Source: Candidatus Magasanikbacteria bacterium RIFCSPHIGHO2_01_FULL_41_23
GTDB taxonomy: Bacteria > Patescibacteriota > Patescibacteriia > Magasanikbacterales > UBA922
Direction of reading: 5' to 3'
DNA: 64,000 nucleotides
Assembly: GCA_001782805.1 (NCBI GenBank)
Contig: MFPT01000008.1
Location: forward strand, 13,162-77,161
Shown here: piece by piece, positions 7,110 to 14,848 of the stretch
Position numbering within the stretch: the first letter of the stretch is position 1
Layout: each line of letters starts with the position of its first letter
Made by a program: the position numbers and the translations under genes
The notes under the pieces: generated by a model
Databases searched by the model: none
Told to the model about the DNA's origin: nothing
What the model saw: only the letters and a program-made list of their open reading frames with translations

Positions 7110-9149
7110 ATGCAGCGTTCTATGTTTCTTATCGTGACCCTCTGGGTCTTGGCCCTCGTTGGCTGTGCTGACGAGAACATCATCAACCTCGTGGCCCCGG
7201 ACAACGACCACGACAACTACACGAGCCTGACGGAGGAACAGGCTCACGAGATGGGTTACGCGTCAGTGGACGCTGCCCTCAAGTTCGGCGACTGTGCCGA
7301 TGCCAACCCGGCCATCAACCCGGGTGCGGCGGAGGTGTGCGACGGCAAGGACAACGACTGCGACGGCAAGACCGATGGGCAGGACGACAATCTCGTCGCC
7401 TGCAACGACGGTAGTGCCTGCACCACCGACGCCTGCACGAGCGGTCAGTGCGTGAGCACGGCCGTGACTTGCAACGACAACTCGGCCTGCACCACGGACT
7501 CTTGCGACCCGGCGACGGGCTGCACGAACACCGCGGTGAACTGCAACGACGGCAACGTGTGTACGACGGACGCGTGCGATCTCGTGCTGGGATGCACGCA
7601 TTCGAACAACACGGCGCAATGCGACGACAGCAACGTGTGCACGACTGAGGTGTGCAACTCGCTGACTGGCGGTTGCACCTACGCGGCCAACAACTGCAAC
7701 GACGGCAACGTGTGTACGACGGACGCGTGCGATCTCGTGCTGGGATGCACGACGACGCCGAACAACACGGCGCAGTGCGATGACGACGATGCGTGCACGA
7801 TAGAGGACGCCTGTTTTCAGGGGTTCTGCATCGGCGGCGCCCCGGCACAGTGCGACGACGGCAACGTCTGCTTCGACGATGCATGCAACGACGGAGCTTG
7901 TGTTCAGGGTTCGTCGATCGCGTGCGATGACGGCAACGCCTGTACGACGGACTCGTGCGATCCCGCGCTGGGATGCACGACCGCGGCAGTCAACTGCAAC
8001 GACAGCAACGTGTGCACGACCGACTCCTGCGACACGGACACGGGTTGTGTCAACACGAACAACGCGTTGACCTGTACCGATTCAAACGCCTGCACCACCG
8101 ACGACTTCTGTCTCGGCGGTGCTTGCGTGTCCGGCGCAACCACCAACTGCAACGACAGTTCGGCCTGCACCACGGATTCGTGCGATCCCGCGCTGGGATG
8201 CATGAACACCGCGGTGGACTGCAACGACGGCAACGTCTGCACGACCGACGCCTGTGACGCGGCGACCGGTTGCAAGCACACCGACAACACGGCGCAGTGC
8301 GACGATGGGAACATGTGCACCGTTGACACCTGCGACGGGGTGGACGGGTGCGAAAACGCACCAATGCCCGACTGCTGTGTCGGGGACGCCATGTGCGCCG
8401 GCTCTGAGCCGGCTGGGCTTACGGCTGACTTCCGGTGGGGATGTACGGTCAACTCCGGTCCCCCGACCGGAACCTGCGTGTCCTGCTTGGACTCGGACGG
8501 GGATGGCTGGTGCGACTCGCCTACGGAGTCGGACTGCGACAACACGTTCGACGAGGACGGCGACGGACTCGTGGACTGCGCTGACGCGGACTGCGACAAC
8601 GATGCGGCCTGTGTCGTCCCCTGTGTGCCCGATTGTACGGGCATGGAGTGCGGCGACGATGGTTGTGGCGGTTCGTGCGGATCGTGCGCGGACGGCGACA
8701 AGTGCAACGCAACTTTCCAGTGTGAGGAGGAGCCTCGGCTCTCGATCACCTGGACCGCTCCCATGAGCGGTGTGCCCCAGAACGCGGGCGGGCAGTTGGT
8801 CCTCCTGGCCAAGTGCTACGACGCGGTTGGGGGAACGGTTGTGTCGTGGGGCGTCAAGGCCTACGGCCCCACCGCCTCCACCTCTCTCTCATGGACGGCT
8901 GACACCTGGTTCGAGCCAGCCGACTGCATCGCCCAAGTCGTGGAAGTGGTCGGCGGCAAGACCGTCTGGTATGCGAACGGACTCTACGGAGTCCTGTCGT
9001 ACATCTGGGATGGTCTCGCCGTCACCACTGTCAAGGGCAACGGCACGTCGGGCTGGCCCTTCTTCCCAGACACGGACAGCGACGGTGACTGCACGCTCGA
9101 TGGCGCCGACGCGTGCCCGTTCGATGGCTACGACACCTGCGTCCCGTAG
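7110..9149 (+). CDS. cysteine-rich tandem-repeat lipoprotein (high-GC cassette 2), paralog of 5126..6817: lipobox, ~11 Cys repeats, DSDGDGWCD / DEDGDGLVDCADADCDND Ca-binding-like acidic motifs, CGDDGCGGSCGSC, C-terminal domain
   Basis: AAGGAG 7 nt upstream of ATG 7110. Signal MQRSMFLIVTLWVLALVGC. Same repeat consensus and domain order as cassette 1. High GC3. The antisense ORF 7904..8812 is considered an artefact. Confidence 0.75.
   Translation: MQRSMFLIVTLWVLALVGCADENIINLVAPDNDHDNYTSLTEEQAHEMGYASVDAALKFGDCADANPAINPGAAEVCDGKDNDCDGKTDGQDDNLVACNDGSACTTDACTSGQCVSTAVTCNDNSACTTDSCDPATGCTNTAVNCNDGNVCTTDACDLVLGCTHSNNTAQCDDSNVCTTEVCNSLTGGCTYAANNCNDGNVCTTDACDLVLGCTTTPNNTAQCDDDDACTIEDACFQGFCIGGAPAQCDDGNVCFDDACNDGACVQGSSIACDDGNACTTDSCDPALGCTTAAVNCNDSNVCTTDSCDTDTGCVNTNNALTCTDSNACTTDDFCLGGACVSGATTNCNDSSACTTDSCDPALGCMNTAVDCNDGNVCTTDACDAATGCKHTDNTAQCDDGNMCTVDTCDGVDGCENAPMPDCCVGDAMCAGSEPAGLTADFRWGCTVNSGPPTGTCVSCLDSDGDGWCDSPTESDCDNTFDEDGDGLVDCADADCDNDAACVVPCVPDCTGMECGDDGCGGSCGSCADGDKCNATFQCEEEPRLSITWTAPMSGVPQNAGGQLVLLAKCYDAVGGTVVSWGVKAYGPTASTSLSWTADTWFEPADCIAQVVEVVGGKTVWYANGLYGVLSYIWDGLAVTTVKGNGTSGWPFFPDTDSDGDCTLDGADACPFDGYDTCVP
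7538..7598 (+). repeat. 61-nt exact intragenic direct repeat, copy 1 (aactgcaacgacggcaacgtgtgtacgacggacgcgtgcgatctcgtgctgggatgcacg)
   Basis: Identical at 7691..7751 (153 nt apart, two repeat units). A shorter repeat tgcgatcccgcgctgggatgca also occurs at ~7955 and ~8185. Confidence 0.6.
7691..7751 (+). repeat. 61-nt exact intragenic direct repeat, copy 2
   Basis: Identical to 7538..7598. Confidence 0.6.
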
Positions 9150-9304
9150 ACGCGCCCTCCCACCCGCTCTTTCCTTCTCCACCGCCCTCCTGAGGCATGC
9201 GGTGGCACACGATAGTGTGAGCCTCTCCCTTTGCGCAAGCCAAGGGACTCTCATCATTTTCTTCATCTGGAATGGAGAAACGTGACTAGAGTCATGTTTG
9301 ACGT

Positions 9305-9351
9305 CACACCGAAATTATAACTTGACATATTATAATTTCGGTGTGTATACT
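9305..9351 (+). promoter_or_regulatory. perfect 16-bp palindrome CACACCGAAATTATAA-n9-TTATAATTTCGGTGTG overlapping a promoter (TTGACA 9322-9327, 18-nt spacer, TATACT 9346-9351) for the DUF4143 ATPase gene
   Basis: Seen in sequence. The -35 box sits inside the 9-nt spacer of the palindrome, the classic geometry of a repressor operator. The ATG at 9360 gives a very short leader. Confidence 0.4.
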
Positions 9352-9359
9352 TATCCTGT

Positions 9360-10595
9360 ATGGTTATAAAAATACGACAATTATCCCAAAAATTGGTACA
9401 GGCGGCACGATCCTTTCCGGCGGTTGTTATCACTGGTCCGCGCCAATCCGGCAAGACGACACTGGTGCGTAATTTGTTCAAAAAAACGCACAACTATGTT
9501 AACTTGGAAGATCCTGATACGCGCGCCCGTGCCCTCTCTGATCCACGGCTATTTTTTGCATCCTTCAATTCGCCGCGTCTTATCCTTGACGAGATACAGT
9601 ATGTACCGCAACTTTTATCGTATGTTAAATCTGCTATTGATGAACACCGTACTTCCGGGCGTTTCATCATAACTGGATCACAGCAATTTAGCCTGATGCA
9701 AGGAGTGAGTGAATCATTGGCCGGCAGAGCCGCTATCCTGACTTTATTGCCGTTTTCGTATGGTGAAAGGATTGGACAAGGAGAAAAATTATTACCTTTC
9801 ACTAATTGGACAAACCGTCTGGCTCAAAAAAAAATAAATACCAGTCCGCATCCCTCGATTGCTTCGCTGTTGGTGCGAGGATCATATCCAACACCAACTC
9901 GCTCTTCTGTGGATTATTCTTTATGGTACGGTTCGTATTTGGCTACGTACCTTGAACGGGACATTCGTAATCTGTCTCAGGTGGGTGATCTTCAGCAATT
10001 TGAACATTTTTTGCGCTTATTGGCGAGCCGTACCGGACAGATACTGGATTTGGCCGGCTTAGCACGTGATTTAGGAATTTCTCAGCCAACTGCGAAACGC
10101 TGGTTGTCTATTCTTGAAACTGGCTACCAAGTTTTACTCCTCTATCCTTATTTCAAAAATATAGGTAAGCAGGTAGTAAAGCGCCCTAAAGTTTTTATCA
10201 CTGACACTGGTCTCGCTTGTTACTTACTAGGGATAAATGATCCTAAAACTTTAACGAACCATCCACAATTTGGCTCGCTGTTTGAAACCTTTGTAGTGAC
10301 CGACATCTGGAAGAGATCTTTGCACAGCGGTATCAAGCCGCGTTTATATTATTTTAGAAGTCACGATGATTTGGAAGTTGATCTGGTGATTGAAGACGGT
10401 AAGGGGCTGCACTGTGTTGAAATTAAAAGTTCTATGACTGTAAAACCCCAACACGCCTCGAGTTTGGTTCGTTTTATCCGTACGCCAACAATTGCTCGAT
10501 ATATTCAATCGTCATCCTTAATATCTTTATCTACTACCGGCCCGATTTCTGCCGGAATTGTGAATTATCATTGGTCAGATTTCTTCTCTATCTAA
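9360..10595 (+). CDS. AAA+ ATPase, DUF4143 family (COG1373-like)
   Basis: Walker A VITGPRQSGKTT. The domain order and C-terminal DUF4143-like region are typical of this family, which is common in CPR and archaeal genomes. Confidence 0.8.
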   Translation: MVIKIRQLSQKLVQAARSFPAVVITGPRQSGKTTLVRNLFKKTHNYVNLEDPDTRARALSDPRLFFASFNSPRLILDEIQYVPQLLSYVKSAIDEHRTSGRFIITGSQQFSLMQGVSESLAGRAAILTLLPFSYGERIGQGEKLLPFTNWTNRLAQKKINTSPHPSIASLLVRGSYPTPTRSSVDYSLWYGSYLATYLERDIRNLSQVGDLQQFEHFLRLLASRTGQILDLAGLARDLGISQPTAKRWLSILETGYQVLLLYPYFKNIGKQVVKRPKVFITDTGLACYLLGINDPKTLTNHPQFGSLFETFVVTDIWKRSLHSGIKPRLYYFRSHDDLEVDLVIEDGKGLHCVEIKSSMTVKPQHASSLVRFIRTPTIARYIQSSSLISLSTTGPISAGIVNYHWSDFFSI

Positions 10596-10603
10596 AAGAA
10601 GCT

Positions 10604-12124
10604 ATGTTAAATTTTATTTCTTCAACTATTCCTGATTTTTTACTGCCGGGATTTTTTTTATTTTTTATTTTTGCCTTACTGATTTTTTTCTTAATCAGAG
10701 AACGCAAAACCGAATATGTTTTGTACGCGTTAATGATTTGGTTCCCACTGGAAAATTTCGCGCTTAATTTTGTGAGTCCGTATTGGTACGATGTTTTCAA
10801 ATATGTACCGGAAGTAATTTTATATTCTATTTTAATCGGTCTTTTTTTTAAACATTGGTCTCGTAATCGGACTGTTATATTACCACAATCACTCCGTCGT
10901 CCTTTTTTATTTTTTATTATTGTGGCAATTTTGTCATTACTATTTAATTGGTATGATCCGACAATTTGGCTTTTGGGTGTACGACAATTGATTCGTTTTG
11001 TGGCGGTTTTTTTGATTGTGTTATTGGCGTCATATTCTGAATCAGTCCGACGCACATTGTTAAAGTTGATGATTGGGATGGTTATGTTTCAGGCCTTGTT
11101 TGGTTTAGTGCAATTTGCGTTTGGTGGTCGACTAGATGTTTATTTATTTCCCGTTCGGGTAGTAAGTATCGGAAATTTGGCAACGGTTGGTGGTAATGAA
11201 TTATTTTGGACACCGGGCACACGAGTGTTTGCCACTATGGGGCGGTATGATCAGTTGGGAAGTTTTTTAATGCTTGGATTAATTGTGGTTGTTTCTTGGC
11301 TTGTGGTATATAAAAAAATAATCACGACAAATCTGGAAAAAAAAGTATTTCCTCCGCTCGCAATAACCGTGTTAGGATTATTAGTGAGTGTTTTAATTTT
11401 AACAAAATCTCGCGCCAGTTGGACTGCTGTGCTTGTTTCAATCGTATTGACTAGTTATTATTTATTTAAAAACAAAAAAATTATTTATTTAATTTCCACC
11501 GGTGTCGTTGTACTTACTTTATATGTGTTTGGTTTTATTTTAACGCATGATAATATAATGGCTTTAACCGAAAAAGATAATCAAACTGTGGCCGAACGAA
11601 TTATTGAAGCGGGAAGTTGGCGCGCGTGGCAAGAAAGTTATGAAGGCTATGGCCGAATTTTTTTTATGGTGAATACGCCGCGCGTGGTGGTGGCTGATTC
11701 GCCGGTTTTTGGGGTTGGTCCGGGAAATTATGGTGGGGGAGTTGCCGCGGCACTGGGGAATACTAAAGTTTATGATCGGTTACATTTGCCGTTTGGCGTG
11801 CAAAATACCTATGGACAAATTGATAACAGTTGGTTTAGTGTTTGGGGGGAATTTGGTACAATGGGATTGGGAGTGATAATTTGGATTTTTATTATTATGG
11901 GTAGAGATGCCAAAAAAATATATGGCGAAACGTCTCATGCGGACACAAAATTTTTGTCCGCCACGTTGTTTGGCTTGATTATTGCGATTGTGGTGATTGG
12001 TTTTTTTGGGCCTTATTTTGAATTCCGAACACTGATGTTTAATTTTTGGTTGATTGTGGGATTATTTTATACTACTGGCCAGCATGAAACTAGATCGGCT
12101 AATTTTCTTTTTAGAAAAGTTTAA
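10604..12124 (+). CDS. polytopic membrane protein, O-antigen ligase / Wzy_C-like
   Basis: About 12 predicted TM helices. The periplasmic-loop motif LTKSRASWTAVLV resembles the Wzy_C signature. ATG 10604 is taken as the start (track 10571 is TTG and overlaps the upstream gene). Confidence 0.6.
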   Translation: MLNFISSTIPDFLLPGFFLFFIFALLIFFLIRERKTEYVLYALMIWFPLENFALNFVSPYWYDVFKYVPEVILYSILIGLFFKHWSRNRTVILPQSLRRPFLFFIIVAILSLLFNWYDPTIWLLGVRQLIRFVAVFLIVLLASYSESVRRTLLKLMIGMVMFQALFGLVQFAFGGRLDVYLFPVRVVSIGNLATVGGNELFWTPGTRVFATMGRYDQLGSFLMLGLIVVVSWLVVYKKIITTNLEKKVFPPLAITVLGLLVSVLILTKSRASWTAVLVSIVLTSYYLFKNKKIIYLISTGVVVLTLYVFGFILTHDNIMALTEKDNQTVAERIIEAGSWRAWQESYEGYGRIFFMVNTPRVVVADSPVFGVGPGNYGGGVAAALGNTKVYDRLHLPFGVQNTYGQIDNSWFSVWGEFGTMGLGVIIWIFIIMGRDAKKIYGETSHADTKFLSATLFGLIIAIVVIGFFGPYFEFRTLMFNFWLIVGLFYTTGQHETRSANFLFRKV

Positions 12125-12131
12125 TTTTTTT

Positions 12132-13130
12132 ATGTCTTCAATTCCGCTTCCAATTGACTGTGTGATTGGCATCAATTATATTTGTAATTCGCGTTGTGTT
12201 ATGTGCGATATTTGGAAAATAAAATCATTTCCGGAATTGTTGCCCGAAGAATATCTTAAATTACCGGCCAGTTTGTTGGATGTGAATATTTCCGGAGGCG
12301 AAACATTTTTGCGCAAAGATATTCCGGAAGTGATTAGAGCAGTACGAACGGCTTGTCCCCAAGCGCGGGTGGTTATTTCCACCAATGGTTTTATGCCCGC
12401 GTTCATTGAACAACAAATGAAAAAAATTTTGGAAATTGATCCGACCATTGGCGTGGCCATATCGATTGACGGGGTTGGTGCAATGCATGAAACCGTTCGC
12501 CGAATTCCTGATGCGTATAAAAAATCAACGGAAACTCTGGAACGTTTGCAATCGTTGGGCATGAAAAATTTACGATTTGCGTTTACGATTATTCCGGAAA
12601 ACGTAACGCATTTCAGTAAAGTGTATGATGATGCCTGTGAGCGGCGGATTCAATTTACACATTCGTATGCCCAGAGTTCGGATAATTATTTTGGCGGTAT
12701 CCATATTATGAATGATCCGGATTTGCGGGTGTTGCGCCAACAATACGAACATATTATCGGGCGTGAATTGCAATCGTGGAATCTAAAGCGCTGGGCGCGG
12801 GCTTTTTATGCGTATAGTTTGTATCGGTTTATCAATGAAAAAAAACAAGTTTTAAATAATGATCCGGGGACACGGTTTTTCTTTATGGCGTCTGACGGAG
12901 TGGTATATCCATCGGTTGTTCACAATTACGCAATGGGGAATTTGAAAAATTTTAATTCGTGGGGAGAATTGTGGAATAGTGAGGAAGCTGAAACCGCGCG
13001 CGCAAAAGTACGAACTGAAGGCAAACCAGCCTGGATGATTTGTACAGCGCGGACGGCGATTAAAAAACATCCGTGGCAGGTAGCGAGCTGGGTGGTTAAA
13101 AATAAATTTTTTGGTTTGGAATTGGTTTGA
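12132..13130 (+). CDS. radical SAM protein
   Basis: CNSRCVMC = CxxxCxxC cluster near the N-terminus. The internal ATG 12132 is chosen because track start 12054 overlaps the previous gene by 70 nt. Confidence 0.7.
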   Translation: MSSIPLPIDCVIGINYICNSRCVMCDIWKIKSFPELLPEEYLKLPASLLDVNISGGETFLRKDIPEVIRAVRTACPQARVVISTNGFMPAFIEQQMKKILEIDPTIGVAISIDGVGAMHETVRRIPDAYKKSTETLERLQSLGMKNLRFAFTIIPENVTHFSKVYDDACERRIQFTHSYAQSSDNYFGGIHIMNDPDLRVLRQQYEHIIGRELQSWNLKRWARAFYAYSLYRFINEKKQVLNNDPGTRFFFMASDGVVYPSVVHNYAMGNLKNFNSWGELWNSEEAETARAKVRTEGKPAWMICTARTAIKKHPWQVASWVVKNKFFGLELV

Positions 13131-13135
13131 TTTTT

Positions 13136-14341
13136 ATGCGAGTTTTGCTCGTCAACAAATTTTGGTATCATCGGGGTGGAGCCGAGCAAGTGGTTTTTGT
13201 GACCAAGCAATTGTTGGAAGGAGCTGGGCATACGGTGGCGATTTTTGGAATGCATGATAGTCGCAATGAAATTACTGAACCGTATTTAGCTGATTTTGTT
13301 GATACGGCCAAACCGAGTTGGCGTGATGTTTGGCGAATTTTGTATAATCGCGAAGCCAAGAATAAATTTAGTGAACTTATAAAAAAATTTAAACCTGATA
13401 TTATTCATTTTCATAATATTTATCATCAATTATCTTTTTCCTTGATTGATGCGGGGCGAGAACTGGGGATCCCGATGGTGATGACACTGCATGATTATCA
13501 TTGGTTGTCGCCAAATTATAAATTGTTTCATCATGGACAGATTGATCAAAAATTAATCGGGAAAAAGTTTTTTCGGCCATTATTTACTAATTGTTTGGAG
13601 GATTGGCAAAAAACAGTGGTTGGGATGATTGATTTTATATTTCGTTCGCAAAAAAAATATAGAAATGCGATTGATCAATTTATTTGTCCCAGTGAATTTA
13701 TTAAACAGCTTCATGTGCGCGCCGGATGGAATGAAAGTCAACTGGCAGTGGTTGGTAATCCGATTAATCAATTTAATCAATTGCCTGATACGGATAATTT
13801 TGTGGATGGTTTATATGTGGCCTATGTTGGGCGTCTGGCCAAAGAAAAGGGGATTGAAACATTTATTTTTGCGGCAAAAATCACACCGGAGATTCCGTAT
13901 AAGATTTTTGGGACTGGTCCGGATGAAAGTAGATTGCGCGCGTTGGTAGAAAATAACGGAGTAGCTAATGTTTCGTTTGCCGGTTTTAAAATCGGTGTGG
14001 AATTAAAACAGGCGATTAACAACGCTCGCATAGTGGTTGTGCCGTCGGTGTGGTATGAAAATGCGCCGTACAGTATTTTGGAACCAATGGCATTGGGTAA
14101 AATTGTTATTGGTTCTAATATTGGCGGTATTCCGGAATTGTTACCAAAAGAATTTTTGGTGGAGCCGGGCAATCCCGAAGCTTTGGCAATCGTAATAAAA
14201 ATGTGGTTTAACAAATCTCTTGAAGAGCGAAATAGGTGGGGGAATGTTTTGCGCACAGAGGCGTTGGCGCGTCACGATTCTCATCTGTATCTTAAAAAAA
14301 TTGAAGATTTATATGAAAAATTGTTAATAAATGCCGGTTGA
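13136..14341 (+). CDS. glycosyltransferase family 4 (GT1 fold)
   Basis: C-terminal motif VVPSVWYENAPYSILEPMALGKIVIGSNIGGIPELL (E-x7-E). ATG 13136 is used; track start 13127 is TTG. Confidence 0.8.
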   Translation: MRVLLVNKFWYHRGGAEQVVFVTKQLLEGAGHTVAIFGMHDSRNEITEPYLADFVDTAKPSWRDVWRILYNREAKNKFSELIKKFKPDIIHFHNIYHQLSFSLIDAGRELGIPMVMTLHDYHWLSPNYKLFHHGQIDQKLIGKKFFRPLFTNCLEDWQKTVVGMIDFIFRSQKKYRNAIDQFICPSEFIKQLHVRAGWNESQLAVVGNPINQFNQLPDTDNFVDGLYVAYVGRLAKEKGIETFIFAAKITPEIPYKIFGTGPDESRLRALVENNGVANVSFAGFKIGVELKQAINNARIVVVPSVWYENAPYSILEPMALGKIVIGSNIGGIPELLPKEFLVEPGNPEALAIVIKMWFNKSLEERNRWGNVLRTEALARHDSHLYLKKIEDLYEKLLINAG

Positions 14342-14370
14342 CAATGGATTATTTTTTAGTATACTAGGTG
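14338..14370 (+). promoter_or_regulatory. promoter plus SD for the toxin-antitoxin operon: TTGACA-16-TATACT, then AGGTG
   Basis: ttgacaatggattattttttagtatactaggtg, then tat, then ATG 14374. Seen in sequence. Confidence 0.45.
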
Positions 14371-14373
14371 TAT

Positions 14374-14631
14374 ATGATGATGAAAATTGAGAGAAATAAC
14401 AATAGGTTTGATCAGATAAAATCTTGGATTCATTCTTTATTTTGCAATGAATCAGATAAATCGGTTAATTTTCAAACCAAACAATTACTCAATCAAAAAT
14501 TTAGTGATAGTTGTGACATCGTTTCATTTTCTGACTCGGCATCAGCTATAAATCATCTTGATGCTATTATTAAAAAACAACAAGGAGGGTATGGAGATAC
14601 ATTACAGGAGGAGTTTTATCAAAGAATTTGA
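14374..14631 (+). CDS. putative antitoxin (small protein upstream of and overlapping the RelE/YafQ-like toxin)
   Basis: 85-aa ORF with its own promoter and SD, overlapping the toxin by ~40 nt. No family motif recognised, so the call rests on context. Confidence 0.35.
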   Translation: MMMKIERNNNRFDQIKSWIHSLFCNESDKSVNFQTKQLLNQKFSDSCDIVSFSDSASAINHLDAIIKKQQGGYGDTLQEEFYQRI

Positions 14632-14848
14632 AAAAGTACCACTAAAAATTCAAATAGCTTGTCGAGATCGGATTAAACTTTTTTCTTCAGATCAATTTCA
14701 TCCGCAACTTCATAATCATGCCTTATTGGGGAATTTTTTAGGATATCGTAGTATAAATGTTATGGCTGACTGGCGAGCAATCTTTGTCAAAGAAGGCGAA
14801 GACTGTACATTTTTTTATGTTAGGACACATAGTCAGTTGTACCACTGA
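14591..14848 (+). CDS. type II toxin, RelE/YafQ family (mRNA interferase)
   Basis: The C-terminus HALLGNFLGYRSINVMADWRAIFVKEGEDCTFFYVRTHSQLY parallels the YafQ/RelE pattern (H-x-L-x-G-x-x-x-G-Y-R ... I-Y ... R-x-G-x-H-x-x-L-Y). AAGGAGG precedes the ATG. Confidence 0.6.
   Translation: MEIHYRRSFIKEFEKVPLKIQIACRDRIKLFSSDQFHPQLHNHALLGNFLGYRSINVMADWRAIFVKEGEDCTFFYVRTHSQLYH

Noticed and set aside
7904-8812. 302-aa minus-strand ORF and several 60-190-aa ORFs in both strands over 7.2-9.3 kb
   Set aside because: All are antisense or out of frame relative to the 7110..9149 lipoprotein gene and have Ser/Pro/Arg-rich nonsense composition. They are composition artefacts.
14757-14811. N-terminal extension of the FG-GAP protein ORF back to 14757
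   Set aside because: It overlaps the toxin gene in another frame and adds a non-signal-like hydrophilic segment. The ATG at 14812 (or TTG ~14871) before the hydrophobic signal/TM segment is more plausible.
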